Positions 11,835-27,695 of a DNA stretch of 64,000 bases are shown piece by piece (positions within the stretch are counted from its first letter, which is position 1; each line of letters starts with the position of its first letter). The notes under the pieces are model-generated. The model had not been told where the DNA came from, made no database searches, and was given only the letters and a program-made list of their open reading frames with translations. Source of the stretch: the human T2T-CHM13v2.0 reference genome, Homo sapiens; the NCBI GenBank assembly GCA_009914755.4, contig CP068257.2:12640001-12704000 (forward strand), given 5' to 3'. A program made the translations under genes and the position numbers.

Positions 11835-14800
11835 TAAAAAATACATTCTTTCAACATCTTCTAATGTAACAAGCTATAGCCAACTTGTCATTAGTGTCAA
11901 TAAGAATTTATCAAGTTGAATTGAAGATGCAAGCATTTAATGGGCATTTCTAGTTTATAAGAAACATTTCAATTTCCATAGAAATTGATGAATGATGGGT
12001 AGATTAATGACAGAATTCTGTTCTCCAAATACTTCAGCAAATCATTTATAAATGCTTATGGTAATTGTTTGATGATATTAACTGAATTGCAACCAATTAT
12101 AGAGAAAAGAATGTGATTTATATTGTAATTTGATTAGGTTTCTATGTATTATTCAGCAAGGTTCCCTAAGTAATTACAGCCATTTCATTTCTAAGAAGTC
12201 TTGCAGCCAGTCTCGGGTAGGATCTTTGACCAAAAAGAAACTTCAGAAAAATAAAGTTATTAATAACTTACATTTAAGATTCAGCATTAGGACCACGAAG
12301 AGGTCTACACTTGACTAATTGTTCTATTCTTAAAGGTCAATAAGAATAAGAATTGAACAAGTTCTTAATCAGCTTTCTCTTTTTGAAACAGTAGACTACC
12401 CGGTGAGTTTTTCCTTACGTGTAATCAACTCTTAGGTAAAATACTAAGTAGCCCATCTTTTCTTCTTACCTGTGACAAGATGAATAAGCTCTGTGTATCC
12501 TGAGATCAGTATCTCTTCACTCTGTTATTTTTTCTTTCCTCTCTGGGAAAAATCAACTCTAACTCCTTTTATTTTTCCTCATATATTTCTTTATACTCTT
12601 ACATCTTTCCTGATTCCAGTCCTTTAGTGACTAAATTTTTGTTATTCTCTTTTATCTCGGCATGACCGTTACCTAGTCTAGGGCCAAATATGATTCCTAT
12701 GACTTTTTCTAATAAAATTGCACTTAATGAACACCACTATTTTTAAGCCTTAAATATACTATCTTTGTAGCACTATGCTGTTTGTAGCAATTGCAATTAG
12801 CCATTTCTCTGCAGTTCAAGATAGCTGTACCTTTTACTTGGGTGTACATTACAAACATAATGAGTGTCATATTAATTTTATTTTTATTTAGTTTTTTCAG
12901 CTATTTTCACTAAGCAGTTACTGAGCCCATGCTATGTACCTAGCACTTTCTGCCAGAGAAGTAAACGTGAATAAGATATGCCCCTCTTCTTTCAAAAGTC
13001 ATAGTCTAGTGAGGGAAATGCAATAATCAATTATAAAAAGGTCTAAATCAGATATAAAAAATGAATTAAAGCAAAAAAACAACAAATTCTGCTTCGAAGA
13101 GTTCGAAAAAGAATCTGAGAGGAGGTCGCTCTTTATCTGATCTTGAAAAATAATTAGAAATTGATAAAGATAAAAATAATGTCAATTCTAGATTTCACCT
13201 AATTCATTAATAATAGTAATAAGCTGAAAAGGCTGGGGTTAGAATTGCATAGGATAATGTGCAAAGACCTAGCCTAGCTCCTCTCTATGAATATGTATGA
13301 TGATCATCATCTTTATTACGATTGTTGAGGCTCTCATAATAAGATTTAAAGATTATTTCTGATATCTTTGAATGTTTTTAATTAAGAAGGTGTTCCTAGT
13401 GATGAAAGAAACTGTAATAATGCCATTATTAGTGATAAAACAGAGAGGATATTCTTTGTTTATATTAAATTACAGATGCCCAAGTAAAAAGATATTATCT
13501 GTTTTTATAACTGGTCATTGGCCTTCAGGAAGATTTTGACCTGGATAAATGGCAGGATTTGAAGTATCACACTCTGAATTATTTCCCCAAATATTTTTTA
13601 TTCAGAATTTGTATCATCTTGATTATCTCTATTTAAGTAAAATTAACATTATAGCAGCATTTTCAAAGTGCTTTTGTGTGCACTTTCTATTTTTCGGTTT
13701 TTCAGATGATTACTTTTTTGAGGCATATTTTAATCCACAATGTTCAAACTCTAAGACTGCCTATTATCGCTAAACTTTCTCTGTAGATTCCCTACTCTTC
13801 TCAGTATCAAAAGCTCACACCAGGCACCGTTCATGAAAAGTATTCAGTATTCAGTGTTCTGTGGTAGAAACATCAGAGATATGGAGACCATTTTTGAATT
13901 CACAAAACTTCTATTATAGGTTCATTATTAAGAATGAAACAAAATGTTTTCATTTGTATGTGAAAGGAAATAATAAAAAAGAACATTTACATCTCTGTGA
14001 AAATTGATCAACTCTTTTTCAACTGTTTTAATACCAATGAAAGGCCATACCTCTTAATGTAGTACTTAGTTTCTGTTTTCTCATGTTCTTCAATCTCTTC
14101 TCCTTTGTTTTTTATCCTCTGCACTGCTCAACTTGCTTAATACATAGCAAATATTGAAAATATCTATCAGTCACGTGCTGACTTAATATGCAATTCAAAG
14201 CAAAGTTTAGATTATTCACTTCACAAGGCAATTTGATAACAATTCCTTTTGTGTTCAAGATCAGGTCAGATCAGAATTATATTGTTTTTGATCAAAAGCC
14301 ATTCTGTGTCTTACATACTCAACAAAGAAGAATTATAAGTTAATCTTTCACCTTTAAAGTAGTAGGTAGAAATCAAAAGGCTAATAATGGCTGCACATGT
14401 GTGTATATCAGAAAGTACTTTAAGTGTCTGGTATTGTTACAGAGTGTGGAGTACTTAAAATACTAAATCAATGTTTGGATTGAGTCCATGGGGCAGATTG
14501 AAAGGTAGGCCACTAGTGCAAATACTGTGGGTTCTTTTTCTAGAAAAGAAGGGTTAGTTGAGAAGATATTTTATGCAGCAGACTGTCATATATTTAAAAA
14601 TCATTTCAAGGTATAAAATCATAAAAAATAAATTTGGGATCAGTGGTTAATGTGTAACACACGGAGATTTGCCACCCAGATCCTCCTATTAGTTAAGACT
14701 TCTACAAGTCCCAGCTGTGGGAGTATGAACAGGAAGTCATCTCCTTCAAGGTTGGCCTGGACTTCAGATAGTGACCTGTCCCAGGGTCCCACTTTTGCTC

Positions 14801-14987
14801 AGCCTGACTTGGGACAGCTCTGATGACCAATTCTCTTCCATGGCACTCTGGAGGATTGGCCAAAGCTTTCTTGGTTCTGTATCACATCTGCATCTGTGGC
14901 TTCTCCCTCTGCCTAATCTTCCCTCTTCCTTTCCTTCCACAGGGGTTGATCCCAAATAAACAACTTGAGCCCCAAAATCTGATTCAG

Positions 14988-15395
14988 TGTTATAGACTGA
15001 ATTGTGTTCCCCCAAAATTCATATGTTGAAGTTCTAATTCCCAGTACCTCAGAATGTGACTGTATTTGGACACAAGGTCTCTAAAGAGCTAGTTAAGTTA
15101 AAATAACCTCATTAAGGTGGGTTCTAATTCAATATCACTGGTGTCCTTATAAGAGGAATTAGCATACACACACACACACACACAAAGAGGGAGAGAGAGA
15201 GAGACCATGTGAAACACAAGAAAATTACAATCATCAACAAGCTGAAGAGAGTAGCCTCAGTAGAAATCAACCTTGCTAACACCTGATTTCGGACTTCTAG
15301 CCTCCAGAATTGTGAGAATAAATTTCCATTGTTTAAGCCACCCAGTCCATGGTATGTTGTTATTGCAGCTCTAGCAAACTACCACACTCTGCATC
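14988..15395 (+). mobile_element. MaLR (MLT1-type) solo LTR with an embedded (CA)n(GA)n.
   Basis: The sequence tgttatagactgaattgtgttcccccaaaattcatatgttgaag...ccatgtgaaacacaag...cttctagcctccagaattgtgagaataaatttccattgtttaagccacccagtccatggtat is MLT1-like. Confidence 0.7.
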
Positions 15396-15673
15396 TGCTT
15401 CCAGAGAATACCACTAGAGACAGATAACTTAGATAGAAGCTACAGTGAAAGTAAATAAGAAGCACAAAGTAACTCATTTGGAGGAAATTCCAATAAAACA
15501 TAAAATATGGTGCCATGATCTATATAATTATATTTATCTATATTAAATTTTTTATTTCTATTTTAAAGCTAAAGAAGGCAAAACCATGAGTTAAATATGT
15601 TCCTTTACTATGGAGCATGCAACTTCTCCTTTTCTCTAGTTAAGAATTTTTTTTTAACCTCTTTCTTTTTTAG

Positions 15674-15862
<189 letters not shown>

Positions 15863-18647
15863 TAATTTATCATGTAAAGAAATATAATCCCATTCAGCTG
15901 TGCTAATAAAATGTTTATGGCCTTTTTCTTGAAGTCTCGAAGAGCTATACAACTATAATTTTAAAAAATTATTATGTGATTCCTATGTAAGAGATGGCAG
16001 TATTAAGGACAAGTAATTATTTATAATTGACTGTTTGGAAAACAGATTAAAAATCAGTCGGAAATTCTGTTGTTAGTATCCACGTGGGGGAATAAAAGCC
16101 CATTAATTAGATCATCATACTTTTGTTTTGGTGGCTGGCACAATGCAGTTCACTTTCTAAAGAGTGACTAATAGTTTTGTTTATTCCTGTATCTCTGGTA
16201 CGCAAAGTCAGGGCTAAAACAGGAGCGAAAGAGCATCAGTCTCCAGCAGTGGCACCCGAGTCCAGATTCTAAAGAAGCTCTGATAACAACACTGTTATGA
16301 ACGTGCCTTCTCCACGTTTGCTCATTCCTGCTTAAGTGGAACTTGTTTCCCAGTCGTCTCTCTTTGTTCTATTTCATTTTCATTGTGTTAGTTAATAGTC
16401 ATTACTCTGCTCAGTGTTTTGGATTTAAAAAATATATATATCACGAGCCGAAGTATGAACCACGAGAGATTATCTCCACCCCCTGACTAAAATCTCCATT
16501 AATTAAACATGAATGCAAAAGTAGCCTCTGCCTACAATTCATGTGTGCCATAAAGATGAATAAATAATCCTTACTGAGTGCTTTGAATCTCTGAAAAGAG
16601 AGCGAGCATACAATTGTTAGACATCTTTACACCTGCCCTCATGTTATCTAATAAGCCCATTATGGAGTTTAATACAAGAAATATATAACAAAATTGTAGA
16701 ACGTAGAAATATATAAAATCCGGGATGAGCCAGAATTTACCTTGTAACTAGAATTACTTCATTTATAATCTATAATGCTACAGATGTATATTCTCAATAG
16801 TATCAAATAGGTTTATTTTTTCCAACCCTTGGATTTCTTCTTGCATCTTCACCATCTCTAAGCAAAGTGATTCCATAGCTAAAAGGCAGAAATGTGAATT
16901 CTTCTTCAAACTTGTTAATACATGTTGAACAAGATGCTGATAAACCCAATCTCTAAAAATATGAAATATCTGATATTTTGTAACTATAAAAAATCTTAAA
17001 AAGGGAAACAAATCCAAACTAAGAAGTATAGATTTAATATAGGCATTGAATGCTATTGCCATTCATAACGTCTTATTTTTATGATTAAATTTATCCCGAT
17101 CTGCATTTGAACTTTACACATGTAATTGAATATTTCAAAATGAAATCTGTTTACAGGTACTTAAGAGACAATAAAGGCAATGACTGTAGACTTTTCCCCT
17201 ACTTGTATTCATCTTTTCTTTTGGTATTCTTCATTTGACCACATTTATTAATTTTTTATATGCCCTTATTCTGCTATGGGGTACACAATGGTGAGTGAGA
17301 GCTCTACCACTCTTCCTTCAAGGGATTTGCAGTCTGGTGGACCTCTGCCAATAATACTAATCAGTTGTCTTTATCAATATTTATGAATCATCTAGCGTTA
17401 GATGCTGGGTGTCGGGAACACAAGGATTAACTAGGTAGGAGCTCATAGGCTAGTGAGAGAGACTGAGATAAATATTGCCAATTCTAGCAATGGAATGAAT
17501 ACACAAAGTGCAGCAAGACAGGAAGGAGGGGAATGAATCACTTCACTTGGGACACCTGATGGAAAGTTGCCTTCAGAAGACATTTCAGTGTGAGTAGCCC
17601 TTAAGTTAAAACAGAAGGATGTGGTCTCCCAAGCAGAGTGAATAGCCTCTTCCCAGTATGAAAGACCAGGTTAGTCTGCTTGGCAAACCACAGTCACTTG
17701 TAGGCAACATTGGGAGAGTGGGTGAAGAGATGAGTTAATGCCAGAATATAAGCATCTTAGATTTATACTAAATAATTTGTTGTTTTTGCTGTTGCTCATG
17801 AGTGATGAAAAGAGGGAGCTGCGGATATCCAAGGTTTTCATGCAAGATGATGACATAATTACAGAAAAGTGATGACAAGGTAGAGGGTGAATTAGAAAGA
17901 AAAGTAACTGGATAATAGCTAATGTTGATTGTATCCATACTGAGTGTTGGATTTTTCCTAAAATTTTTACTCTAATCTTATTGAATGCTCCCAACAAACA
18001 TATGACTTAGGTGCTATTATAAGCATATGCACACACACATATTACATTCCTTCATGTGTGTGTATATAAGTGTGTGAGAGGAGGGTGTATAATGCCTATG
18101 CCCCTTGCTAAAATGTGACCTCCTCATGACAGACTCTGTTTCACTTATCTTTAAATCCCAAGCACTAGCATAGTACTCAAAATATAGTCATACCCAGAAG
18201 ATGTTTGCTGAGTAGGAGAAGGATGAAAAATGCAAAGAGGCAATGGCATTTTATAATTACAGGTCATTGGCTAAGTTCTGTGCTGCACTGAGAGATTTTA
18301 AACCAGATCTGTAAACACTAAATATAAAATAAATCAAGTAAATTGGGCCTGGCTCCATAATTCTTCATACATGGTTGTACGTGTCAACTTTAATTCTCAC
18401 ATGGAGTGATGAATATTCCCTATTCTTGCTTCTTAGAGTTGTACTTTTGCCAACAAGACTTGTACTAATCTTTCTACAGGAGAAAATAGGACATGTTGAT
18501 TACTTCTTTGGTAATTTAGCTATTATTTTCAATTTCCTATGTGTCAATTTAAAAATAATCACTAGGGCCAGTATATGGTTGGCAGCCAAAAGTCTTGTTT
18601 AATATTCTACAGGCACGACTTTTCAGAGTTAGAGATTCGGAAATTCT

Positions 18648-18701
18648 TTTCTCCTTAATCGTTAGCTTCTCCTTAATCGTTAGCATCTCCTTAATCGTTA
18701 C
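18648..18701. repeat. Three tandem copies of an 18-bp unit (tctccttaatcgttagcN).
   Basis: The sequence reads tctccttaatcgttagct tctccttaatcgttagca tctccttaatcgttacga. Confidence 0.8.
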
Positions 18702-18795
18702 GAGTAAGCACTTCAGAGAAAGTAGATATATCTTCTAATTTGTGCAAGTTAGTAATGCTAGGAAACGAGATGGGGCTAGGACTGGAAAGTCGTAG

Positions 18796-19185
<390 letters not shown>

Positions 19186-20202
19186 TGAAGCAAAGTAGTC
19201 ACATTTCACATGAAAAAAATGGGATGCTCAGATTGCAATTTCACAGGCAAATGTCAATGGGTAATTTTTGAAGTTTTACTTACAAGTTTACTCTGGTGAC
19301 AATTTATGTGATTGTTATCTCTTCATCTAATACCATATCCTAAGGGGATGTATGTGCCATAATGAATTGTTGTTGACTCAAGTGATTTTTACAATGGTAT
19401 TTTGGTGCACACCAAAATATTAATAAAATTTTATATTATTAACATAGCAATTTGACATTATTATCACAGCAATCATAGTGATTCAGCTGTTTTGTTAAAG
19501 GGCCAAGAAGATGAAAATTAGTGTTTACCAGTACATGCCATATTTCACAGGGTAAATTAGTTCAATCCCTATTTCACACATAAAGGAGCTCAGGGCTCAC
19601 AATGACTTGATATAGGTTGCTCAACTTAAGAACAATAGAGATTTTTAAAAGTATGTCTGACTCCAAAGCCACATTCTTCATAATATGTGTTTATGGAATT
19701 ATTAATATAGAGAACTTTGAAAATATATGTATAAAATTATAAAATATATGTCTCAGTAAAAATAAACAAACATCTTTATATATTGACATAAACCCAAGAT
19801 TAAAAATGTCACACTTAATTGTATGTATATGTATAAAATAATATGAATGATTTAAAAATAAGGACTATGAATTATGACTTGGATTAAACACTTTTTTGTA
19901 ATGGTACTGTATATTTAAAAATAAGCAAGAATGACATATATGAAATTGTTTTAAATTTGCAATTAAATTGATTCATTTCTAATGAACGAAAAAATACCCG
20001 AACTAAAGTGTTAAAAATCACATTTAGAAACTATTTTCTCATCTAGCAGCATGTCATTATTCCTTGTAAAATACATAGATGCTGCCTTAAACTGGCACCT
20101 ACCAAAAATCATACTCTGAAATAGTAAAGGAAAAAAGTCATTGTAGCTTTTTTTAAAAAGCCATTTTTCGTAATCTCTGAGATAAAACACTTTGTTTTTC
20201 AG

Positions 20203-20365
20203 ACTCATATTTTAGTGACACACAATCTCACACTTCTGCCACAAATGAATCTTATTGTTGTAATGAAAAGTGGCAGAATAGCTCAAATGGGAATATACCA
20301 GGAGCTGCTGTGTAAAACCAAAAATCTCACTAATTTGCACCAAGTCATCAGTGAACAAGAAAAAG
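20203..20365 (+). CDS. ABCC13: ABCC exon with the NBD1 H-loop. Translation: THILVTHNLTLLPQMNLIVVMKSGRIAQMGIYQELLCKTKNLTNLHQVISEQEK, followed by 1 nt.
   Basis: Acceptor is tttgtttttcAG|act. Donor is AAAAG|gtaagg. The translation matches ABCC1 [46 protein letters not shown]. Confidence 0.85.
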
Positions 20366-23289
20366 GTAAGGACACAATAAAAAATAAGATACAGTATACG
20401 TACCCATTTTGAAAGTTCATTAATTGCGTAATTTCATGCTATAAATTTTCATTCATCCTGCTTAAGTCAGGGGCGGGGCACCTTCCTTTCCTTGGGAAAG
20501 AAGCAAATACAATGAGACACATCAGTTAAATCAAACTCATTTGTGATTTTTAAGGAAAGTTTTAAGTTCCCTGGGGCCTGTTTATTCATTTATGAAATAA
20601 GAAATTAGATTACTTATAAACTCTAGTCCAAGTCGAGAACATAATCACTCTAAACATTATATCTACTTTTCAGTTAAGAACAGGGAACATACATGTGAAA
20701 TAAATAATAAATATTTTAAACATCTAGATATAATATAGCACATTGAGGAAGAGAAAACAAAAGAAAGAAATTGGGAAAGGCAAAAGGGATCGATGTTTGC
20801 TCAACTTTTAAGAATTAACTATTTATTTAGTTTTATTTATCAATTTTTGTTACTCTAGCCCTAGAATATTAAATTAAGATGTATGGACATTTTAAAATAA
20901 AATAAGTGGTTTGATCCTTATCCAATGTGTAAGATGCAAGAATGTCTGATATCCAGCATTATCCTAAAGTTGGGTAATGTACCATCATCTCTTTTTACAG
21001 CTGTAGATGGTTTGTCATGTAGAGACCATCATATTTTTTCCTGTACTTTTCTAGATCCTTTTCCTATACCTTTCCAGAGCAGCGCAGCAAACTAACTGTA
21101 AAACCAGTTAACTATTTCATAATTTCAAGATAAAAGAAGAAATATAGAACTATGTCTCATTATTTTCTACATGAACTAGTATCCATTAGCTCACCTGACA
21201 CTTGTCCTGGATATAAAGTCCTAAAAATATGAAGTTGGTTTATAACAAGATCAGTACAATTTATTATTTTAATGCCATGAAATTCAACAACAAAGTCATT
21301 TTGTTGATGTTTCTCTTTTGGACCTAAGCTAACGCACATTAGTTTTGTAGTACTATTTTTAAAATTCCTTGTTTTTCCACCTTTCTCATATTACAAATAT
21401 TCTATTTGCAAAATTATTTGGTGCATTGTCAGATGACTGTTGGCATCCTTAACAAAAGAACTTCCTCTTTTCTTAACGTCTAGCACTTTGGAAATGATTC
21501 CTTGCCTTCTCAGAAAGGTTAAGTAGTAATTTATGCTTCTTGTGTAGAAAACAGATGTCTAGGAGTGCCTCCTAGACTAGGAGAAGCATGGAGTCTGTCA
21601 TTTCTCTATCCCTGTCACTTAGGTAGCCTCATGCTAGGCAAATTACAGGCACTCAGTAGCTGTTTGTTAAACAGATGAATCTGAAATGTATCTATCCCCT
21701 CAGGAGTTAACAAGGTGCTATGGAATGCTATGAGCCAGTGTCTTTCTTGTGTGTGTGGCCATTTATTTTAAAGGTCACATGAAATATAGATTGAATGACT
21801 TTAGAAAATATAGTTCCAAAAGTAGGCAGAGTGTAAGCTTTAAGTTAAATATGTAATTTGCCATAAAATATAAACAGTATGTCTTTTGAAACCTGTGGAA
21901 TTTGCTGTTGTTTAAATATCCAATTTTGGAAACAGAAATCCCACCTTTTCTGCATTTGTATAATTTTTTTAGGTACAAGTGCCCTCTACTGTAGCAGAAT
22001 AAAAGCAGTAATATTCTTAAAGTTGGACTGATAGATGTTAATAGATCTCTATTAATAGATGTTACCAACTCACAATCAGAAATTTGCCAGAGTTAGAAAA
22101 ATGTAACTTTAACTTCTTTCTAATTACCTCAATATTTCTGTCTTTTCCATGACAATCAGAAAGGTGGAAAGTAGAGAAAATTTTTATGCCAGAAATAGAA
22201 TGTGTTATTAAAAGTGAATATTCTGGAATTTTGATTTTTTGAATGCTGGATAAAAAATACATAAAGACTTATACTCACAATAAAAACTAGATAACTAGAT
22301 CAAGAGATAATCTGTAAAAGATTAGCTCTATAGAGTATGATTTCCTTAGCCACTGTAGGGAGCAAGACAAAAATGGATTTTGATATCAAACACTACATTA
22401 AATAATAGCTTACATTCAGCATGATGTCCTGCAATGCTGCCCCCTAAACCTGGGCCAAATGAACCTGGCCCTGTACTTCATGCTTTAGTCAGTTCCCACT
22501 CTAGCCTTCCCTGCATGGCTCTCTGCCTAGGAGTGTCCTCCCCATTTCCTGCTTCTTGACCATCTAGGTACTCAGGTCCCAGAATTCTCTGCTCAAATGA
22601 TGGAAGCTTGTTCCTGGGACCTGGGTTCTCATTCCTCAGGTTTGTTCTCTCATGGACAGACTGCCCTGTGGCATGCATCATTCTTTGGCCTGAGGATGTT
22701 TCTCTTGCAGGTGGGAGAGTGGGAAGAGTCTGGACGTGGCAGCTGAGGTATCTGCAGATGTACAGAGCTTCTGAGAGTGCAAAGTGGAGCTTGGGAGGGG
22801 GAGAAGAGCAGCAAAAGCCTTGGCTGAGACTGACTCATCAAGGACTGCCATGTCCCCCAGAGGAAGTCTCAGGAATCCAGACATTCTCATCAGATCCTTG
22901 CCTTCCAGGTGGCTTGGAAGGTGTATTGGTCAGAGAAAGCAATATAATTTGAGTCTTTTAGTTCCATCAATGACTTTTAAATAATTGGAAATGCAACATG
23001 TGAGCCTTTATTTGCATTCTTGCTCTGGTTCCACAGATTTTAGGTGCAAGTCTGTCCCTGTGGGGAATTTCTTTCTGTTATTTGCATAAATATCAAGGGA
23101 AATTAGATTCTGTTTGAGCACACTTTTGCTGAGATTTAGGGGAAAGAAATTACCTGGCAGAGAGTAGGATGTAAGAGGTGTAATCACTCTGTGATCTTTC
23201 ATTTATTTATTATAATTCACTCTTTTTGGTCTTGAGTCTGTTCAAAAATTCTTTTAAAAGGTACACAATTCTTCAGTTTCAAAATTCTA

Positions 23290-23875
23290 GTTGTTTATGT
23301 GTCACTACAATGGGAGTGCAGTAGGCACACCTCATCCACAAAGGATGCGTTCCAAGACCCCCAGTGGTTGAATGAAACTTTGGATAGTACCTAACTCTCT
23401 ATATACTATGCTTTTTGAAATGATGTATATGCCTATGATAAAGTTCAAGCTATAAACTGGGCACAGTAAGAGATTAACAACAATAACTAATAATAAAATA
23501 GACCCAGATGCCAGCATTTCTACTCATGTGCTTTGGGGCCATTATGAAGAAAAATAAGAGTTCCTTGAACACAAGCACTTTAATACAATGACAGTTGATT
23601 GGATAACCCAGGCTCTTAAGTGAGCAATGTGTGGGGAGCATCCACACAGCATGGATGTGCTTGCTACACAAAGAGATGGCTCACTTCCCAGACAGGACAG
23701 AGCAGAACAGTGAAATATTTCAACAGGCCACTCAGAATAGCAAGTAATTTAAAACTTATGAATTGTTTATTTCTGGAGTTTTTCATTTAATATTTTTGGA
23801 CCACGGTTGACCGTGGGTAGCTGAAACCGCAGGAAGCAAAATTGCAGGTAAGGGGGAACTAGTGTATAAATCAGC
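23290..23875. mobile_element. Tigger-like (TcMar) DNA-transposon fragment including a terminal region.
   Basis: The sequence ...gaccacggttgaccgtgggtagctgaaaccgcaggaagcaaaattgcaggtaagggggaactagtgta resembles a Tigger terminus. An upstream segment reads ...cagtaagagattaacaacaataactaataataaaatagac. Confidence 0.45.
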
Positions 23876-24361
23876 AGAACATTGTGGAATAAACAGTGGA
23901 CCACTTGTTAGGAATCCTGGAATCTAGTTCTCTCACTGAATAACCATATCGGTCTTCATCAAATGACTCATTCTTGTGGTTCTTCCCGTTTGTGAAATAT
24001 AGTGCTTCAGCTTGCTCTGTTTTTCCTAGTGGCAGACATGGAGCTGAACAATGTACATTATTATCTCTCTCCTGTCCCCCAAACTACTTATTAGCTATTT
24101 CTTTTTCTTTCCTATCATTCTTACTCTCATTGCTGAAGTCAATAACAGGTAGCTTAGAAAGTAAATGGTAAAAAGTACACTTTGCAGTGTAATGTGGGTT
24201 TGGATATATCTAATCCCTAAGATTCCACCTAGCTCTAAAAAATCTAAGAGTTTTGCCTTACGGAAATGTTATATAAGATAATCAAATCAGAGGTGAGAAA
24301 TGGGTTTATGAAGAAAAATATAACAAAGCTAAAGATAAATTTTACATATTTACAGATTTAG

Positions 24362-24666
<305 letters not shown>

Positions 24667-26241
24667 TAGGCTAATTCTTACACAAGCTAATTATACTGAT
24701 GATAGCTTGTATGTCGTGGATAGTAACGATCTCAATATATTCATGAGTTTTACATTTACTTAATCCTCCCCCAACCCCCAAAACTCCAGAGGCTACCATG
24801 GTCCTCATTTTACAGAGATTAGGTGTCTTGCTCAAATTAAGACAGAAGGCAAGTGACAGAATTTGAATTCCATGCTACCTCTGTTTCATGTCAGAGAACA
24901 ACCAAGCTCTTAAACATTGTATCAAATGTGTAGGAACAAGTACATTGACTCAGTACTGACTTAGTGTGAAAAGCAGGAGAGGCTCACTCTCCTTTACTGA
25001 TGCTTGCTTCTTCCCCAAAAGTTGGTCTCCTCCCTTGCTCTGTCTTAAACAATTCTGGGTTTCAGGCAAGCCACTTACCCTCTCTGAGTTTTATTTTTTC
25101 TCCTGCAAAATATAGGTAAATTTACCTATTCTCATATCTTATCAGGTCATTTGTGAGCTCAATTTATATAATGCATGTAAAAGTATCTTATAAATTGAAA
25201 ATAAATAAATTTAAATATTATTATTAAAGGCTATAAAGATGAGACTGTGCCTTAGAGGGAGAGGCTGAAACATCTTCTAACTGAATTTTCATTCTTTGAG
25301 CCACGGAATCCCCATGTTTCACAGAGATGTTTGAGATCGATCAATTTCTTCCATTAGGGGCTAGATGGTTCCTTCTAGAAAAAAGCAAGCATAGAATTCA
25401 TAGAAGAGAACTTAGAAATCTCCAAATCCAATTCCTTCTGCTTAGAGATAAGAAATCTAAAATTCAAAGAGTTCAAGTATCATACTGTGAATAAAGACAA
25501 AAATCTGTCTAGCGCTGAGGTATTTACCATCAAATCCACCAGCCCATTTACCATCAGATTCACTAAGGTTACTTGAACCTCAGTAGCTGATAGGTCTAGG
25601 TGTATGACCTTGGTTTGTGTTTCCTGTGTAAGAGCTCAGTGCCTCAGTCTTTTTATCCCTAAAATAAGGACAATAACTGTAGTACGTTTCTCATTAGGGG
25701 TAGTTTTGAAAATTAAAAGAGATACAAAGCCCTTAGGGCAACACGTGTCACGTAGGATGCTATTATCACTGTTAGTGACACTTGCAAGACAGTGACAGCT
25801 TTGGGGAATTTACCATTGTGTTTTCTTACTAATCTTCACAAGAATCACATTGGTATAAAGGCTGCATGAAATTATGCTTCTTTTAAAGGCTAGAGTGGTT
25901 TTCCTCTTGGGAAATATTTAGCCCTTCTGTGGAAGATCTGAAATAAGTTAGCAGCCCTCTCAGAGGGACACTGAGAGAGTTAGCATCCCTTTCTCAGAGA
26001 AAAAAAAAATAATTTCTCTGTAGGTTTTCTCATTAAGAAATCTCACTTTTACTATGAGATTACAGAACATTTTAGGACAAGCTGAAATAATGGAGAAAAT
26101 ACAAGGGTTCCCAATAAACCTATAGATCTAGAACTTAAAAACCTCTCCAATTTGTGTAATCCTCCATTATACTTCTCTCTATTTTGTTTATTGTTGGCTT
26201 ATAATTTTGGATATAAAAGCACTCACTGTCTTTCTCTCCAG

Positions 26242-26317
26242 CTCATGCTCTAAAGCAAGTCAGTGCAATCAACTCCAGAACTAGACCAAAAGACAAAATC
26301 CTGGAGCAAAAACATAG
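26242..26317 (+). CDS. Candidate ABCC linker exon. Translation: (A)HALKQVSAINSRTRPKDKILEQKH, followed by 2 nt.
   Basis: The acceptor cactgtctttctctccAG is strong and the donor AG|gtgagt is a perfect consensus. The 76-nt segment is open in the frame required by phase 1 out of the previous exon. It ends in phase 2. The linker region is poorly conserved, so there is no homology support. Confidence 0.45.
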
Positions 26318-26739
26318 GTGAGTATCAGGTAATGCCAGGCTCACTGGGATTATGGACTGATTAATTACTTTTTTATAGCATTTGAACACATCCTATAAAA
26401 AAGATCCATACATTATAATGGATATAAAATGTACTTAGTGGATTCCAATTCTAAACTAGAAGTTAGATGGATGTGTCTAAATTTTTAAGTGAGATGGATG
26501 AGACTTAGTTTTGGAAACATATGTTCATTAGATTCCTCACTATTTCTAGCCAAATTCTAGTGGTAGAAATTTAATCTGATTGCCAAAAACATCCCCATCC
26601 CATAGCATTCACAGACTCTACAGATGAGAATGTGAAAAATAGGCTTTGGACATAAACATTTCATGATGGATTGGGATGATTATCAAGACAGGATATGTGA
26701 CCTAGACATACAGACCAGTATAGGAGCTGAAGAACCTGC

Positions 26740-26815
26740 CTAGAAAAATAAGAGAAAGAAAGAGAGAAAGAGAGAGAGAGAAGAAAGCAAGAAGAAGAAA
26801 GAAAAAGGAAAGAAA

Positions 26816-26871
<56 letters not shown>

Positions 26872-26940
26872 AAAGAAAAGAAAAGAAAAGAGTAGAAAGG
26901 AGGGCAGGAAGGAAGAGGGGAGGAGACAGGAAAAAAAAGG
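26740..26940. repeat. (GAAA)n/(GA)n purine-rich simple repeat.
   Basis: agagaaagaaagagagaaagagagagagagaagaaagcaagaagaagaaagaaaaaggaaagaaaaagaaagaaagaaagaaag... Confidence 0.9.
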
Positions 26941-27072
26941 GCAAAACTTTGGTCCTGATTGGATTTTGTTATATTATGTCTTTTTTTTTGTAACTGACTA
27001 AAATGAACAGTGATTGAAGTAAATTAATCTAATCAGTTTTTTTCCCCAATGTTTCTTCCCATCAGTTGCCTA

Positions 27073-27695
<623 letters not shown>

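Noticed and set aside
21040-21100. A 20-nt segment bounded by an acceptor and gtaaaa as a possible linker micro-exon.
   Set aside because: Its phase is incompatible with the following candidate exon. It is too short and has no homology support.
22440-22990. Cluster of overlapping 60-114-aa ORFs on both strands in a GC-rich patch.
   Set aside because: There is no homology to anything recognisable. There are no splice-site-bounded segments in the ABCC frame. The sequence has the character of an old interspersed repeat. Mutually overlapping ORFs on both strands are typical of GC-rich non-coding DNA.
24790-24900. MIR-like fragments (…ttttacagag…aattccatgctacctctg…; also 40990-41040 tttacagctgaggaaactgaggc).
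   Set aside because: They show short, diverged resemblance to the MIR core only. They are too degenerate to call confidently without RepeatMasker.
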